DNA from: Alcaligenaceae bacterium
Lineage (GTDB): Bacteria > Pseudomonadota > Gammaproteobacteria > Burkholderiales > Burkholderiaceae_B
Length of the DNA stretch: 64,000 bases
Direction of reading: 5' to 3'
NCBI GenBank assembly: GCA_029268595.1
Contig: JAJUGB010000001.1
Location: 7,695 to 71,694, forward strand
Below are positions 39,906 to 49,831 of the stretch, piece after piece. A program made the position numbers and the translations under genes. The first letter of the stretch is position 1; each line of letters begins with the position of its first letter. Under the pieces are notes generated by a model. It ran no database searches, had not been told where the DNA came from, and worked only from the letters and a program-made list of their open reading frames with translations.

Positions 39906-41543
39906 ATGCCCTTGCCCAAGCTGCCTACCCGGATGGGTACCCTGATTCCAGCGAACGAAGCCGTTGTAGAGCTCGAACGAGAGCCCGAAGAAACGCCGGA
40001 ACCAGTAGCCAAGAAACCCGTCACGGCCCGCCAGGAGCCTTCCACAGCTCGAAAAGCTCCTGCTCGCGCCACGACTAACGGCAGCCCACAAGCCAAGCCG
40101 GCTCCAGCGCCCCGCCCGAGAAAAAAAGCCCGACTTTCAGAAGCGCAGCGGAAGCTCTTCGTGCTGGACACCAATGTGCTGCTGCATGACTCCAACTGCC
40201 TGTTCAAATTCGAAGAGCACGACATTTTCCTGCCCATGATCGTGCTGGAAGAACTCGATCATCAAAAGAAGGGCATGTCCGAGGTCGCTCGAAATGCACG
40301 CCAGGTGAGCCGCTCGCTCGATGCATTGGTAAGCAGCACCGGAGAAATGGTCAAAGGCATTCCCCTCGACGCTCTGGGTAATGTCGAGGCGCAGGGTTGC
40401 CTGCATTTCCAGACCACCGCGATGCAAGGGCAGTTGCCCATCGAATTGCCGGCCGGCAAAAACGACAACATCATACTGAGCGTCGTGCACGCCCTGCAGG
40501 GACAACACCCAAAACGTCAGGTCATCCTGGTGTCCAAAGACATCAACATGAGGCTCAAAGCCTTGTCGATGGGCCTGCACGCCGAGGATTACTACAACGA
40601 CCACGTCCTCGATGACTCCGACCTGCTTTACGACGGTGTCCTGCCCCTGCCGGAAAATTTCTGGTCCAAGCACGACAAGGATGTGGAATCCTGGCAGCAA
40701 GGCGGCACCACCTACTATCGCATCAAGGGCCCGCTCTGTTCCGAGTTCATCGTCAATGAGTTCGTGTACTTTGAAGGCGAACTGCCTTTATATGCACAGG
40801 TAAAAGAAGTCAGCGGCAAAAGCGCCGTGCTGGCCACTTTGCGCGATTACAGCCACGGCAAAAACAATGTATGGGGCATCACTGCACGTAATCGCGAGCA
40901 GAATTTCGCCTTGAACCTGCTCATGAACCCCGATATTGATTTCGTTTCCCTGCTCGGGCAGGCGGGTACCGGCAAAACCTTGCTGGCTTTAGCGGCCGCC
41001 CTGACTCAAACGCTGGAAACCAAGCGCTATAACGAAATCATCATCACACGGGCCACCGTTCCTGTCGGGGACGACATCGGCTTCTTGCCAGGCACCGAAG
41101 AAGAAAAAATGCTTCCATGGATGGGCGCGCTCGAAGACAACCTCGAAGTTCTGCACCTCGGAGCGGCCGGCGACACCGGTGCGTCCGGCACCAACTCCGA
41201 TTGGAACAAAAGCTCTACCATGGAAGTAATACGCTCTCGCATCAAGGTCAAATCCATGAGCTTCATGCGCGGTCGCACTTTCTTGAATAAGTTCTTGATT
41301 ATCGACGAAGCGCAGAACCTGACCCCCAAGCAGATGAAGACCCTGGTCACACGTGCGGGCCCTGGCACCAAGATCGTCTGCTTGGGCAATATTGCGCAGA
41401 TCGACACCCCATATTTAACAGAGGGCAGTTCAGGACTCACTTACGTGGTCGACCGCTTCAAAGGCTGGCCTCACGCCGGGCATATCACCTTGCAACGCGG
41501 CGAGCGTTCACGCTTGGCCGACTATGCAAGTGAAGCGCTGTGA
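39906..41543 (+). CDS. PIN-domain + PhoH-like ATPase protein (YlaK/PhoH2 type)
   Basis: PIN motif FVLDTNVLLHD, Walker A GQAGTGKT, Walker B IIDEAQN. AGGAG-like RBS upstream of ATG 39906. About 80 aa Pro/Ala/Lys-rich N-terminal extension. Confidence 0.85.
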   Translation: MPLPKLPTRMGTLIPANEAVVELEREPEETPEPVAKKPVTARQEPSTARKAPARATTNGSPQAKPAPAPRPRKKARLSEAQRKLFVLDTNVLLHDSNCLFKFEEHDIFLPMIVLEELDHQKKGMSEVARNARQVSRSLDALVSSTGEMVKGIPLDALGNVEAQGCLHFQTTAMQGQLPIELPAGKNDNIILSVVHALQGQHPKRQVILVSKDINMRLKALSMGLHAEDYYNDHVLDDSDLLYDGVLPLPENFWSKHDKDVESWQQGGTTYYRIKGPLCSEFIVNEFVYFEGELPLYAQVKEVSGKSAVLATLRDYSHGKNNVWGITARNREQNFALNLLMNPDIDFVSLLGQAGTGKTLLALAAALTQTLETKRYNEIIITRATVPVGDDIGFLPGTEEEKMLPWMGALEDNLEVLHLGAAGDTGASGTNSDWNKSSTMEVIRSRIKVKSMSFMRGRTFLNKFLIIDEAQNLTPKQMKTLVTRAGPGTKIVCLGNIAQIDTPYLTEGSSGLTYVVDRFKGWPHAGHITLQRGERSRLADYASEAL

Positions 41544-42613
41544 GCGCGCCACCCCAAGCTACACACGGGGCCAACGCGGCCGGCACCCGCGAGGCAAGCG
41601 GGCCAAGCGTGCCCGATCGCGCAGTGTCAGAGGTACGTCCGGTCGCCATCACCATGGGTGATGCGGCCGGCATCGGTCCCGAGATCATTATCAAGATGCT
41701 GCATGCGGGCCTACCCGCACCGGCAGTTGTGTATGGCGACGCAGGAGTGCTCCAGGCCACAATTGAACGCCTGGGCCTGTCATCCATCTCGGTGCACAGC
41801 GCGGACAGGCCGGACGCCGCCACGGTGGAGCCCGGCCGCATTGTTGTAATCAACCGGTGGCGCGCCCTGCCCTCTGGCCTGCTGCCTGGCAAGCTCGATC
41901 CGGCGGCCGGCCGTGGCGCCTACGAGTACCTTTGCCATGCCATCGATGACGCGATGGCGGGCCACGTCCGGGCCATTGTCACCGCTCCGCTGAATAAAGA
42001 AGCGATGCAGCAAGGGGGCGCGGATTTCCCAGGCCATACAGAGATTTTGGCCGAACGCAGTGGTACCGAGCACTACGCAATGATGCTTGCAAATCGCGAG
42101 CTGCGGGTTTTACTGGTGACCATACATGTCCCGCTGGCCGAAGTCCCGGCGCGCATCACTTTGCACTCGGAGGTGAATGCAATTCGTCTGGCCCATCAGG
42201 CCTGCCAGCAGGCCGGCATTGCACGACCCCGGGTCGCGGTGGCGGGCTTGAACCCGCATGCAGGGGAAAACGGCCGCTTTGGCAGGGAAGAACAACTTGT
42301 CATCTCGCCCGCCATCGCGCAGGCTTGCGCCGAAGGAATCGATGCCAGTGGGCCATGGCCGGGCGACACGATCTTCATGCGGGCGCGACGCGGCGAATTC
42401 GACATCGTCGTGGCGCAGTACCACGACCAGGGGCTGATTCCCGTCAAATACCTGGGCGTCGACGAGGGGGTCAACGTCACGGTTGGTCTACCCTTCGTTC
42501 GCACCAGCGTTGACCATGGGACAGCCTACGACATCGCCGGGCAAGGTATTGCCGATCCGAGCTCCCTGCGCGCGGCCTTCGACATGGCCTTGTCGATGAC
42601 GCCCTGCCGATAG
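41540..42613 (+). CDS. pdxA: 4-hydroxythreonine-4-phosphate dehydrogenase
   Basis: ITMGDAAGIGPEI, GHTE and VDHGTA motifs. Start uncertain: GTG 41540 overlaps the phoH stop, or GTG 41624 (MSEVRPVAITMGD). Confidence 0.85.
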   Translation: MSAPPQATHGANAAGTREASGPSVPDRAVSEVRPVAITMGDAAGIGPEIIIKMLHAGLPAPAVVYGDAGVLQATIERLGLSSISVHSADRPDAATVEPGRIVVINRWRALPSGLLPGKLDPAAGRGAYEYLCHAIDDAMAGHVRAIVTAPLNKEAMQQGGADFPGHTEILAERSGTEHYAMMLANRELRVLLVTIHVPLAEVPARITLHSEVNAIRLAHQACQQAGIARPRVAVAGLNPHAGENGRFGREEQLVISPAIAQACAEGIDASGPWPGDTIFMRARRGEFDIVVAQYHDQGLIPVKYLGVDEGVNVTVGLPFVRTSVDHGTAYDIAGQGIADPSSLRAAFDMALSMTPCR

Positions 42614-42720
42614 CGGCCCTGCCGACAGCGGCCCTGTCGATGACGTCCTGCCGATAGCGGCCCTGCCGAGAGCGGCCCTGCCCGGACGGGTCCAGCGCAG
42701 AGAGGCCCTCCCGAGAGGGC
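42587..42720. repeat. degenerate 14-15 nt tandem repeat (about 9 units) with a 44-nt higher-order duplication of the pdxA 3' end
   Basis: Units GCCCTGCCGATAGCG, GCCCTGCCGACAGCG, GCCCTGTCGATGAC and so on. 42587-42630 and 42631-42674 differ at 3 of 44 positions. Ends in a small hairpin GCCCTC-CCGA-GAGGGC (42705-42720). Confidence 0.85.
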
Positions 42721-42727
42721 GCCCGGG

Positions 42728-44110
42728 TTACGCACCGAGGCCGGAGGTAAAGTTCAGAAAGCGAGTACTGGCGCCCTGGAAGGTTAGACGGACGGAGCCA
42801 ATAGGCCCGTTACGCTGTTTGCCGATGATGATTTCGGCCGTCCCTTTATCGGGCGAATCCGGGTTGTACACTTCGTCCCGATATATAAACAGGATCAGAT
42901 CGGCGTCTTGCTCGATTGCACCTGATTCCCGCAAATCACTCATCACCGGGCGCTTGTTGGGACGTTGCTCCAGACTCCGGTTCAACTGCGACAAGGCAAT
43001 CAAGGGGCAATTAAGCTCTTTGGCCAGGCCCTTGAGCGAACGGCTGATCTCCGAGATTTCTGTAGCGCGGTTTTCGCCAGCCGAATTCGCAGACATCAGC
43101 TGCATATAGTCGATGATGATTAAGCCCAGTTGCCCACATTGACGCGCAAGCCGGCGAGCGCGGGCCCGTACTTCCATGGAACTGAGCGCAGGCGTTTCGT
43201 CGATATAGATCTGCGCTTCCTGCACCTGCTGCACAGCATGGGTCAGGCGAGGCCAATCTTCGGAAGTGAGCTTTCCCGTGCGCATACGGTGCTGGTCCAA
43301 CATGCCAACCGACCCCACCATACGCATTGCCAACTGTACCGCTCCCATTTCCATGGAAAATACAGCCACCGGCAAGCCCTGTTCAATGGCGACATGCTCG
43401 CCTATATTCATTGAAAACGAGGTCTTACCCATGGAAGGACGGCCGGCAACAATGATGAGATCGCCAGGCTGCAGGCCGGAAGTCATCCGATCCAAATCTG
43501 TAAACCCGGTGGGAACGCCCGTAATGTCGGAGTCGCCCTCACGATGGTAGAGCTCGTCGATGCGCTCCACGACTTGAGTCAGTAGCGGTTGGATTTCCTG
43601 GAATCCCGCCGCCCCACGCGCACCTTCCTGAGCAATTTGGAATACCTTCGACTCGGCTTCGTCCAACAGCTGTCGTGCTTCCTTGCCCTGAGGGCTAAAA
43701 GCGGCGGCCGAAATCTCGTCGGCCACCGACACCAGCTTGCGCAGCATGGAACGTTCGCGCACGATCTCTGCATAGCGCCGGATATTTGCTGCCGAAGGAG
43801 TGTTGTGAGCCAGGGCATTGAGATACGCCAGGCCGCCCACCTCTTCGCCCTTGCCGGCACTGCTAAGGGATTCGTACACCGTCACCACATCGGCCGGACG
43901 GGCCAGCCCGATAAGACGGTTGATATGCTGCCAGATCAGCTTATGGTCGTATCGGTAGAAATCTTCTTCTCCCAATACGTCGGTAATGCGATCCCAGGCG
44001 GCGTTGTCCAACAACAGCCCACCCAGTACGGATTGCTCGGCTTCAATGGAATGAGGGGGAACACGCAGGTAATCCAGCTGCGGGTCACCTGTCAGGCTCT
44101 TGGTGTCCAA
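42728..44110 (-). CDS. dnaB: replicative DNA helicase DnaB
   Basis: PPHSIEAEQSVLGGLLL N-terminal domain and Walker A GRPSMGKT. Probable TTG start at 44110 (MDTKSLTGDPQLDYLRVPPHS). The longest-ORF start at 44251 overlaps rplI and encodes a Cys/Trp-rich nonsense-like peptide. Confidence 0.9.
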   Translation of the reverse strand: MDTKSLTGDPQLDYLRVPPHSIEAEQSVLGGLLLDNAAWDRITDVLGEEDFYRYDHKLIWQHINRLIGLARPADVVTVYESLSSAGKGEEVGGLAYLNALAHNTPSAANIRRYAEIVRERSMLRKLVSVADEISAAAFSPQGKEARQLLDEAESKVFQIAQEGARGAAGFQEIQPLLTQVVERIDELYHREGDSDITGVPTGFTDLDRMTSGLQPGDLIIVAGRPSMGKTSFSMNIGEHVAIEQGLPVAVFSMEMGAVQLAMRMVGSVGMLDQHRMRTGKLTSEDWPRLTHAVQQVQEAQIYIDETPALSSMEVRARARRLARQCGQLGLIIIDYMQLMSANSAGENRATEISEISRSLKGLAKELNCPLIALSQLNRSLEQRPNKRPVMSDLRESGAIEQDADLILFIYRDEVYNPDSPDKGTAEIIIGKQRNGPIGSVRLTFQGASTRFLNFTSGLGA

Positions 44111-44129
44111 TTCATTTCCCGGTACGACG

Positions 44130-44151
44130 AAGGCCGGCTTGCGCCGGCCTT
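44130..44151 (-). promoter_or_regulatory. stable 9-bp hairpin with GCAA (GNRA) loop between rplI and dnaB
   Basis: On the minus strand AAGGCCGGC-GCAA-GCCGGCCTT, with no trailing U-run. It lies 59 nt after the rplI stop and 19 nt before the proposed dnaB TTG. Confidence 0.5.
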
Positions 44152-44210
44152 GGGTTGTGTGTAGCGCGGTACATAACAGCGAACCAATGTACCACGGGCA
44201 AAGGCTGGAT

Positions 44211-44666
44211 TTAAGCCATTTCGCCCTGCACCTGCACGGTGATGTCGACAACGACGTCGGCGTGCAATGCGACCTGGACGGGGAACTCGCCCACCGATTT
44301 CAGCGCGCCGTCGGGCATACGCACCTGCGACTTGGCAATGCCCTCAAACCCCTGAGCTGCCAAAGCCGATGCAATGTCCATAGTGGTGACAGAACCGAAC
44401 AAACGGCCATCTACACCTGCCTTTTGGGACATTTTCAGCGTGTAGCCATTGAGCTTGGCGCCGACAGCTTCAGCGGCGGCAAGTTTTTCAGCCTGCTGCT
44501 TTTCGAGTTCGGCGCGACGAGCCTCGAACTCCTTCAATGCGGCGTCGGTGGCACGACGTGCAATTTTTTGGGGAATCAGGTAATTGCGGGCGTAGCCATC
44601 ACGTACGCGCACGACTTCACCGAGGTTACCCAGATTCACGACTTTTTCGAGAAGTATGACTTGCAT
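44211..44666 (-). CDS. rplI: 50S ribosomal protein L9
   Basis: [33 protein letters not shown] is the canonical L9 N-terminus. Confidence 0.97.
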   Translation of the reverse strand: MQVILLEKVVNLGNLGEVVRVRDGYARNYLIPQKIARRATDAALKEFEARRAELEKQQAEKLAAAEAVGAKLNGYTLKMSQKAGVDGRLFGSVTTMDIASALAAQGFEGIAKSQVRMPDGALKSVGEFPVQVALHADVVVDITVQVQGEMA

Positions 44667-44680
44667 GACGATAACCTCGA

Positions 44681-44953
44681 TTACTTATGATTGTCGGTGT
44701 AAGGCAACAAGGCCAGGAAGCGTGCGCGCTTGATCGCTGTGTCTAGCTGACGCTGATAGTGGGCTTTGGTGCCGGTCAAACGGGCAGGAATGATCTTGCC
44801 GTTTTCCTGAATGAAGTCGCGCAGGGTGTCCAGATCTTTGTAATCGATCTGGTCGACGCCGGCGGCGGTGAAGCGGCAGAACTTGCGACGCTTGAACAGC
44901 GGGTTCTGCTGCGTGAATTTGCGTTTTTCTTTACCTTTCTTGAAGAAAGCCAT
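44681..44953 (-). CDS. rpsR: 30S ribosomal protein S18
   Basis: [27 protein letters not shown]...[11 protein letters not shown] is the canonical S18 sequence. Confidence 0.97.
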   Translation of the reverse strand: MAFFKKGKEKRKFTQQNPLFKRRKFCRFTAAGVDQIDYKDLDTLRDFIQENGKIIPARLTGTKAHYQRQLDTAIKRARFLALLPYTDNHK

Positions 44954-45040
44954 GATGTGCCTCGTTAATGTCTGGGGTTGAACCCCAGCGGTATGTTTGT
45001 GCAGTCGAGTCGGTTGAGCTCGCCTGAATAATCGTTCCGT

Positions 45041-45358
45041 TTAGACCGTGACGCTTCCTGCTCCGGCATACAGCCGGTTGGCCTGCTGGATATGCACGAC
45101 CAGCTTGCTGGATCCTTTGCGAGTTGGGGCCAGAAACCCCTGCAACTGCAACTGGGCTCCAAGCGGCGTATCGGCCAGCAGTCGCGCCACATCGCCTAAG
45201 GCTATGGCGGAAACTGTCAGATTGATGCGTCGATTGACGCCAGCTTCGACAACTTCCGAATCGTGTTCCAGGAGGAGCTCCAGGGCAGGAAGACCCGCCG
45301 GGGTGTAGCGCAGGGCCTTCACTTCGACCGCCGTAGCAGTCAGCACAACCTGATTCAC
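45041..45358 (-). CDS. priB: primosomal replication protein N (PriB)
   Basis: About 100 aa OB-fold protein located between rpsF and rps[32 protein letters not shown]. Confidence 0.85.
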   Translation of the reverse strand: MNQVVLTATAVEVKALRYTPAGLPALELLLEHDSEVVEAGVNRRINLTVSAIALGDVARLLADTPLGAQLQLQGFLAPTRKGSSKLVVHIQQANRLYAGAGSVTV

Positions 45359-45381
45359 GCTGTATAGCCTATGCCAGGCTC

Positions 45382-45759
45382 TTACTGAGCTGCGGCTGCG
45401 CCGGTGGTTTCGGTGCTTGCCTTGCGAGCCTCTTCGCGCTCGACCGACTTCATCATGGCCGAAGGCGCTGTTTCGGCCTTCTTGGTCTGGATGATGAGGT
45501 GGCGCAGAACGGCGTCGTTATAGCGGAACGAATGCTCGAGCTCGTCGAGCGTGGCCTTGCCGCACTCGATGTTCATGCAAACATAGTGGGCTTTGACGAG
45601 TTTCTGGATGGGGTAAGCCAGCTGGCGGCGACCCCAGTCTTCGAGACGGTGCACTTGACCACCATCGGCCGTAACCAAGCCTTGGTAGCGCTCGATCATT
45701 GCGGGGACTTGCTCGCTTTGATCGGGATGCACAATAAACACTACTTCGTAGTGACGCAT
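45382..45759 (-). CDS. rpsF: 30S ribosomal protein S6
   Basis: [25 protein letters not shown] is the canonical S6 N-terminus. AAGGAG upstream of ATG 45759. Confidence 0.97.
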   Translation of the reverse strand: MRHYEVVFIVHPDQSEQVPAMIERYQGLVTADGGQVHRLEDWGRRQLAYPIQKLVKAHYVCMNIECGKATLDELEHSFRYNDAVLRHLIIQTKKAETAPSAMMKSVEREEARKASTETTGAAAAQ

Positions 45760-45772
45760 ACGGGTAAACTCC

Positions 45773-45802
45773 TTGAGGATGTCTTTTGTCTTGCCGGATG
45801 CC
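45773..45802 (-). promoter_or_regulatory. candidate rpsF 5' leader hairpin
   Basis: 7-bp stem CTTTTGT/ACAAAAG enclosing 16 nt, just upstream of the rpsF RBS. S6/S18 autoregulatory leaders are known in other bacteria, but homology is not established here. Confidence 0.25.
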
Positions 45803-45935
45803 AAAACAAAAGGGACAGCCCGCCTGCCTTAGCTTTATTTAGTAAGGCAAGTCGAGCAAGAAACCGTTAACTATAACACGGATGAGTGCAGCGAGCGCCA
45901 AAAAATTATTGGCGCCCAACCCTTACTACGCTTTC

Positions 45936-46745
45936 TTAACCCTCCACCACAGCGTAGGCGGAATGGTTATGAATGGATTCGAAGTTCTCTGCCTGCACGC
46001 GGTAGCGGACAACACCGGGAATATCGCGCACTAGAACGGCGACGTCACGCACCAGATCTTCCACAAACTTGGGGTTCTCGTATGCCCGTTCGGTGACGAA
46101 CTTTTCATCGCTGCGCTTGAGCAAGCCCCAAAGCTCGCATGACGCCTGCTGCTCAATACCGCCAATGAGCAGGTCGATGTCGACCTGCGCCCCGCCACCT
46201 ATTGCCAGATTGACCGTAACGTGCGAGCGCTGATTATGGGCGCCGTATTCGGAAATGGCTTTAGAGCACGGACAGAGGCTTGTGACGGGCACCAGCACGG
46301 TGAGCTCGAACTCGGTTGGCTTGCCTTCGCAGGCCCGCGCAAACCACGTGAGCTGGTAATCCATGAGACTGGAAACGCCAGAGACAGGCGCGGTCTTACT
46401 ACGGAAATACGGAAATGACGCAGTAATATCGCCCTGCTGCGCATCGAGCAACAACAGCATTTGCTCGGCCATGCCGCAAAACGTCTGAGGCGTCATGGGA
46501 ATATGCCGGTGCTCTTCAAGCAAGGCCACAAACCGCGACATGTGCGTACCCTTTTCGTGGGCTGGCAATGCCACCGTGAGTTCGAAATCGGCCACGGTCG
46601 GCATTGGCTGCTGTTCGCCCGTGGCAATCAACATAGGGTGCCGAACGCCTCGGACCCCCACCCTTTGGATGGGCAATCGACGAGTGTCAACGCTACTCTG
46701 CACGTCTGGCATGACAGCGACGGCAGAATCAGTAAGGGAATTCAT
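45936..46745 (-). CDS. folE2: GTP cyclohydrolase I type 2 (FolE2)
   Basis: [26 protein letters not shown] and CPCSK motifs of FolE2. Start is ATG 46745 (MNSLTDS) or ATG 46757. Confidence 0.9.
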   Translation of the reverse strand: MNSLTDSAVAVMPDVQSSVDTRRLPIQRVGVRGVRHPMLIATGEQQPMPTVADFELTVALPAHEKGTHMSRFVALLEEHRHIPMTPQTFCGMAEQMLLLLDAQQGDITASFPYFRSKTAPVSGVSSLMDYQLTWFARACEGKPTEFELTVLVPVTSLCPCSKAISEYGAHNQRSHVTVNLAIGGGAQVDIDLLIGGIEQQASCELWGLLKRSDEKFVTERAYENPKFVEDLVRDVAVLVRDIPGVVRYRVQAENFESIHNHSAYAVVEG

Positions 46746-46761
46746 AACGTAACCCATGAAA

Positions 46762-46781
46762 AGCCCGGCGAAGGCCGGGCT
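46762..46781 (-). terminator. rho-independent terminator after dxs
   Basis: On the minus strand AGCCCGGC-CTTC-GCCGGGCT followed by TTTTC. The U-run runs directly into ATG 46757. Confidence 0.6.
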
Positions 46782-46896
46782 GGTTCAAGTACCAGCTAAT
46801 TATTATGGTACAGAACTGCGCAAAGCGCCCGTAAACCCCTAAAGTATCGAGGCCTTTAGCAGATTGGATGCGCGTTTACCGGGGTGCGTTCCGGGT

Positions 46897-48798
46897 TTAG
46901 GCGCTAGCGACTGAAAACGGCCGAACCGGCGACTGCACGGCAGATAGGTCGGGAAAGCGAGCCAATATGGACGCCTTCAAGCCTTGCGCATCGAGACCGT
47001 GCAGCTTCAATAGTGCGGACTGCTCGCCATGATCGATGAACTGATCCGGCAGGCCCAGTTGCAATACTGGACGCTCGATGCCATGGGCAGAAAAGTGCTC
47101 GAGCACGGCGCTACCCGCGCCGCCCATGATTGCGCCCTCTTCGACCGTGACGAAGGCTTCGTACGAGCTGGCCAATTCGTCTAGCAGCTGGGTATCGAGC
47201 GGCTTTACAAAACGCATATCCACTACAGTGGCGTCAAGGTCTTCGGCCGCCTGCAGGGCGGGCTGAACCAAGGTGCCAAAGCCGAGTATAGCCAGTCTTT
47301 TGCCTTCCCGTAACACCCGGGCCTTGCCGACGGGGACGGTCTCAAGATCTGCAGTGACCTGCGCGCCGCAGCCAGCGCCTCTCGGATATCGGACCGACGC
47401 AGGCCCTGGATGTTGATAACAGGTATTGAGCAGCAGTCGCGCTTCGTTTTCATCCGACGGGGTGGCGACCACAATGTTGGGTACGCAGCGCAGAAACGCA
47501 ATATCGAAGTTGCCGGCGTGCGTTGCCCCATCCGCGCCCACCAGGCCGGCCCGATCCAGCGCGAAGGTGACATCCAGATTCTGCAAGGCCACATCGTGTA
47601 TGAACTGATCGTACGCCCTTTGCAGAAACGTCGAATAAATGGCGACTACGGGTTTGAGGCCGTCGCACGCCAACCCCGCAGCAAAGGTGACGGCGTGTTG
47701 TTCAGCAATGCCGACGTCGAAGTAGCGCTGGGGAAAGCGCTTATGAAACTCGACCATTCCGCTACCTTCGCGCATTGCAGGGGTGATGCCGATCAAGCGA
47801 TTGTCGGCCTCGGCCATATCGCATAACCAACGGCCAAACACCTGGGTAAATGTTTGCCTGCCCGGAGTGGCCGGCTTCTGTATGCCTATGGACGGATCGA
47901 ATTTTCCAGGACCGTGATACAAGACCGGGTCGGCTTCGGCCAGCTTATATCCCTGACCCTTGCGGGTGACGACATGCAGGAACTGCAGCCCCCCGAGTTC
48001 GCGCAGATTCTCAAGGGTGGGAATCAAGGCATCAAGGTCGTGACCGTCTATGGGCCCGACGTAATTGAAACCCAGCTCTTCAAACAGTGTGGCGGGGGAA
48101 ACCATTCCTTTGGCATGCCCCTCAAATCGCCGGGCCAGCTCGAGCACTGGCGGTACATGTTGCAGCACTGCTCTTCCCATGTTCTTGGCTGCTGCATAGA
48201 ATCGGCCGGACAGCAAGCGCGCGAGGTAATGATTCAGCGCGCCTACCGGAGGCGAAATCGACATATCGTTATCGTTCAGCACCACCAACAGATTGATACC
48301 CGGCGTAACTCCGGCGTTGTTCAAGGCCTCGAAAGCCATGCCGGCAGTCATTGCGCCATCACCGATCACCGCCACATGCTGTCGATCCAACCCCTGGTTG
48401 CGCGCGGCGACGGCCATACCAAGCACAGCGGAAATCGACGTAGAGGAGTGAGCCGTTCCGAACGCGTCGTATGGCGATTCACTGCGCTTGGGAAAGCCGG
48501 AAATGCCCCCAAACTGACGCAATTGGGCCATGGCTTCGCGCCGTCCCGTCAGTATCTTGTGTGGGTACGACTGGTGCCCGACGTCCCATACCAGGCGGTC
48601 GTCCGGCGTATTCAGCACATAATGCAGGGCAATGGTGAGCTCGACCGTTCCCAGGTTTGACGACAGGTGCCCTCCGGTACGAGACACGGACTGCAGCACG
48701 AACTCGCGCAACTGGGACGCCACCTCCTTCAGCTGCTTGCGATCTAGCGCGCGCAGGTCATCGGGAGACTGAATCTGATCGAGCTGAGGGGTGGTCAT
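46897..48798 (-). CDS. dxs: 1-deoxy-D-xylulose-5-phosphate synthase
   Basis: [26 protein letters not shown] and [16 protein letters not shown] (TPP motif). Confidence 0.97.
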   Translation of the reverse strand: MTTPQLDQIQSPDDLRALDRKQLKEVASQLREFVLQSVSRTGGHLSSNLGTVELTIALHYVLNTPDDRLVWDVGHQSYPHKILTGRREAMAQLRQFGGISGFPKRSESPYDAFGTAHSSTSISAVLGMAVAARNQGLDRQHVAVIGDGAMTAGMAFEALNNAGVTPGINLLVVLNDNDMSISPPVGALNHYLARLLSGRFYAAAKNMGRAVLQHVPPVLELARRFEGHAKGMVSPATLFEELGFNYVGPIDGHDLDALIPTLENLRELGGLQFLHVVTRKGQGYKLAEADPVLYHGPGKFDPSIGIQKPATPGRQTFTQVFGRWLCDMAEADNRLIGITPAMREGSGMVEFHKRFPQRYFDVGIAEQHAVTFAAGLACDGLKPVVAIYSTFLQRAYDQFIHDVALQNLDVTFALDRAGLVGADGATHAGNFDIAFLRCVPNIVVATPSDENEARLLLNTCYQHPGPASVRYPRGAGCGAQVTADLETVPVGKARVLREGKRLAILGFGTLVQPALQAAEDLDATVVDMRFVKPLDTQLLDELASSYEAFVTVEEGAIMGGAGSAVLEHFSAHGIERPVLQLGLPDQFIDHGEQSALLKLHGLDAQGLKASILARFPDLSAVQSPVRPFSVASA

Positions 48799-48908
48799 AA
48801 AATACGAAAATTAACGGGAAAGAAAAAAGGACTGGGAGCAGTACGGCGTCCGAAGCCATTTTAGACGCGCAAACGATCGGGGAGTTCAGTGGGACACCCG
48901 GGGCGGAC

Positions 48909-49826
48909 CTAACGATCCCTATACACGATGTAGTCGGCAATTTCAGCAAGACGCGTGCCCCCTGCTCCCAGGGGCAGCAAGGCCTCCTGCGCGTCTGCAC
49001 GCAATTCTTCGAGCAATTGACGAGCGCCGTCCAACCCCAACAGGGACACATAGGTGGGCTTGTTACCTGCGGCGTCTTTACCAGCCGTCTTACCCAGCAC
49101 ACTGGTGTCAGCGACGACATCAAGCACGTCGTCAGCTACTTGAAAGGCCAGACCCATGGCGCTGGCATAACGCTCAAGTCCGGCGCGGATATTGGAACTG
49201 GCCCCCGCGACGATCCCTCCGAGCAATATGCTGGCTTGCAGCATGGCCCCCGTCTTCATTGCATGCATGGTTTCAAGCTCGGTACGAGACAGGTCAAGGC
49301 CTACACTCAGGCAATCGATAGCTTGTCCACCCGCCATGCCCATACTGCCGGCGGACCGGGCCAGTACCTCGGTTGCTTGAACCACCAAGGCCGGTGCTAT
49401 AGGCATTTGCGCCAATAGCTCAAAGGCAAGCGGCTGAAGAGCGTCGCCAGCCAGCATCGCAAGGGCTTCGTTGTATTGCACGTGAACCGTGGGTCGGCCG
49501 CGGCGCAGATCGTCGTTGTCCATGCACGGCAGGTCGTCATGCACAAGGGAATAAGCATGGATGAGTTCTACGGCTGCGGCTGCGTGATCCAAAGCAATAT
49601 TTTGGGCCGACGACGCCACTGTGCCGGGCGGCAACGAAGCTTCGCCCGCGGCATACACCAATGCTGCCCTGACCCGCTTTCCGCCCCCAAGCACGGCGTA
49701 GCGCATCGCCTCGTGCAAATGGGAAGGCGTCTGAGAGGTGTCCGGCAGAAACGAACCAAGCACTTCTTCCACGTGCTGTACGCAGTCCGACAGCCAAGAC
49801 GCAAAGTCAAGTTGATGAGCGCCCAT
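48909..49826 (-). CDS. ispA: farnesyl diphosphate synthase (polyprenyl synthetase)
   Basis: First and second Asp-rich motifs LVHDDLPCMDNDDLRRG and FQVADDVLD. Confidence 0.9.
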   Translation of the reverse strand: MGAHQLDFASWLSDCVQHVEEVLGSFLPDTSQTPSHLHEAMRYAVLGGGKRVRAALVYAAGEASLPPGTVASSAQNIALDHAAAAVELIHAYSLVHDDLPCMDNDDLRRGRPTVHVQYNEALAMLAGDALQPLAFELLAQMPIAPALVVQATEVLARSAGSMGMAGGQAIDCLSVGLDLSRTELETMHAMKTGAMLQASILLGGIVAGASSNIRAGLERYASAMGLAFQVADDVLDVVADTSVLGKTAGKDAAGNKPTYVSLLGLDGARQLLEELRADAQEALLPLGAGGTRLAEIADYIVYRDR

Positions 49827-49831
49827 AACGC

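Noticed and set aside
42587-42720. Possible CRISPR array
   Set aside because: The repeat units are only 14-15 nt and directly adjacent, with no spacers. No cas genes are in the window. It is a minisatellite, not a CRISPR array.
42526-42735. 69-aa minus-strand ORF with a repetitive AGPLSAGP / RQGR sequence
   Set aside because: It is simply the translation of the 15-nt tandem repeat in the pdxA/dnaB gap. It has no RBS and overlaps both gene ends, so it is a repeat artefact rather than a CDS.
46790-46812. Zur box upstream of folE2
   Set aside because: Only the outer 6-bp arms (GTACCA/TGGTAC) are complementary, and the core does not match the Zur consensus palindromes I know. It is kept only as a generic inverted repeat.
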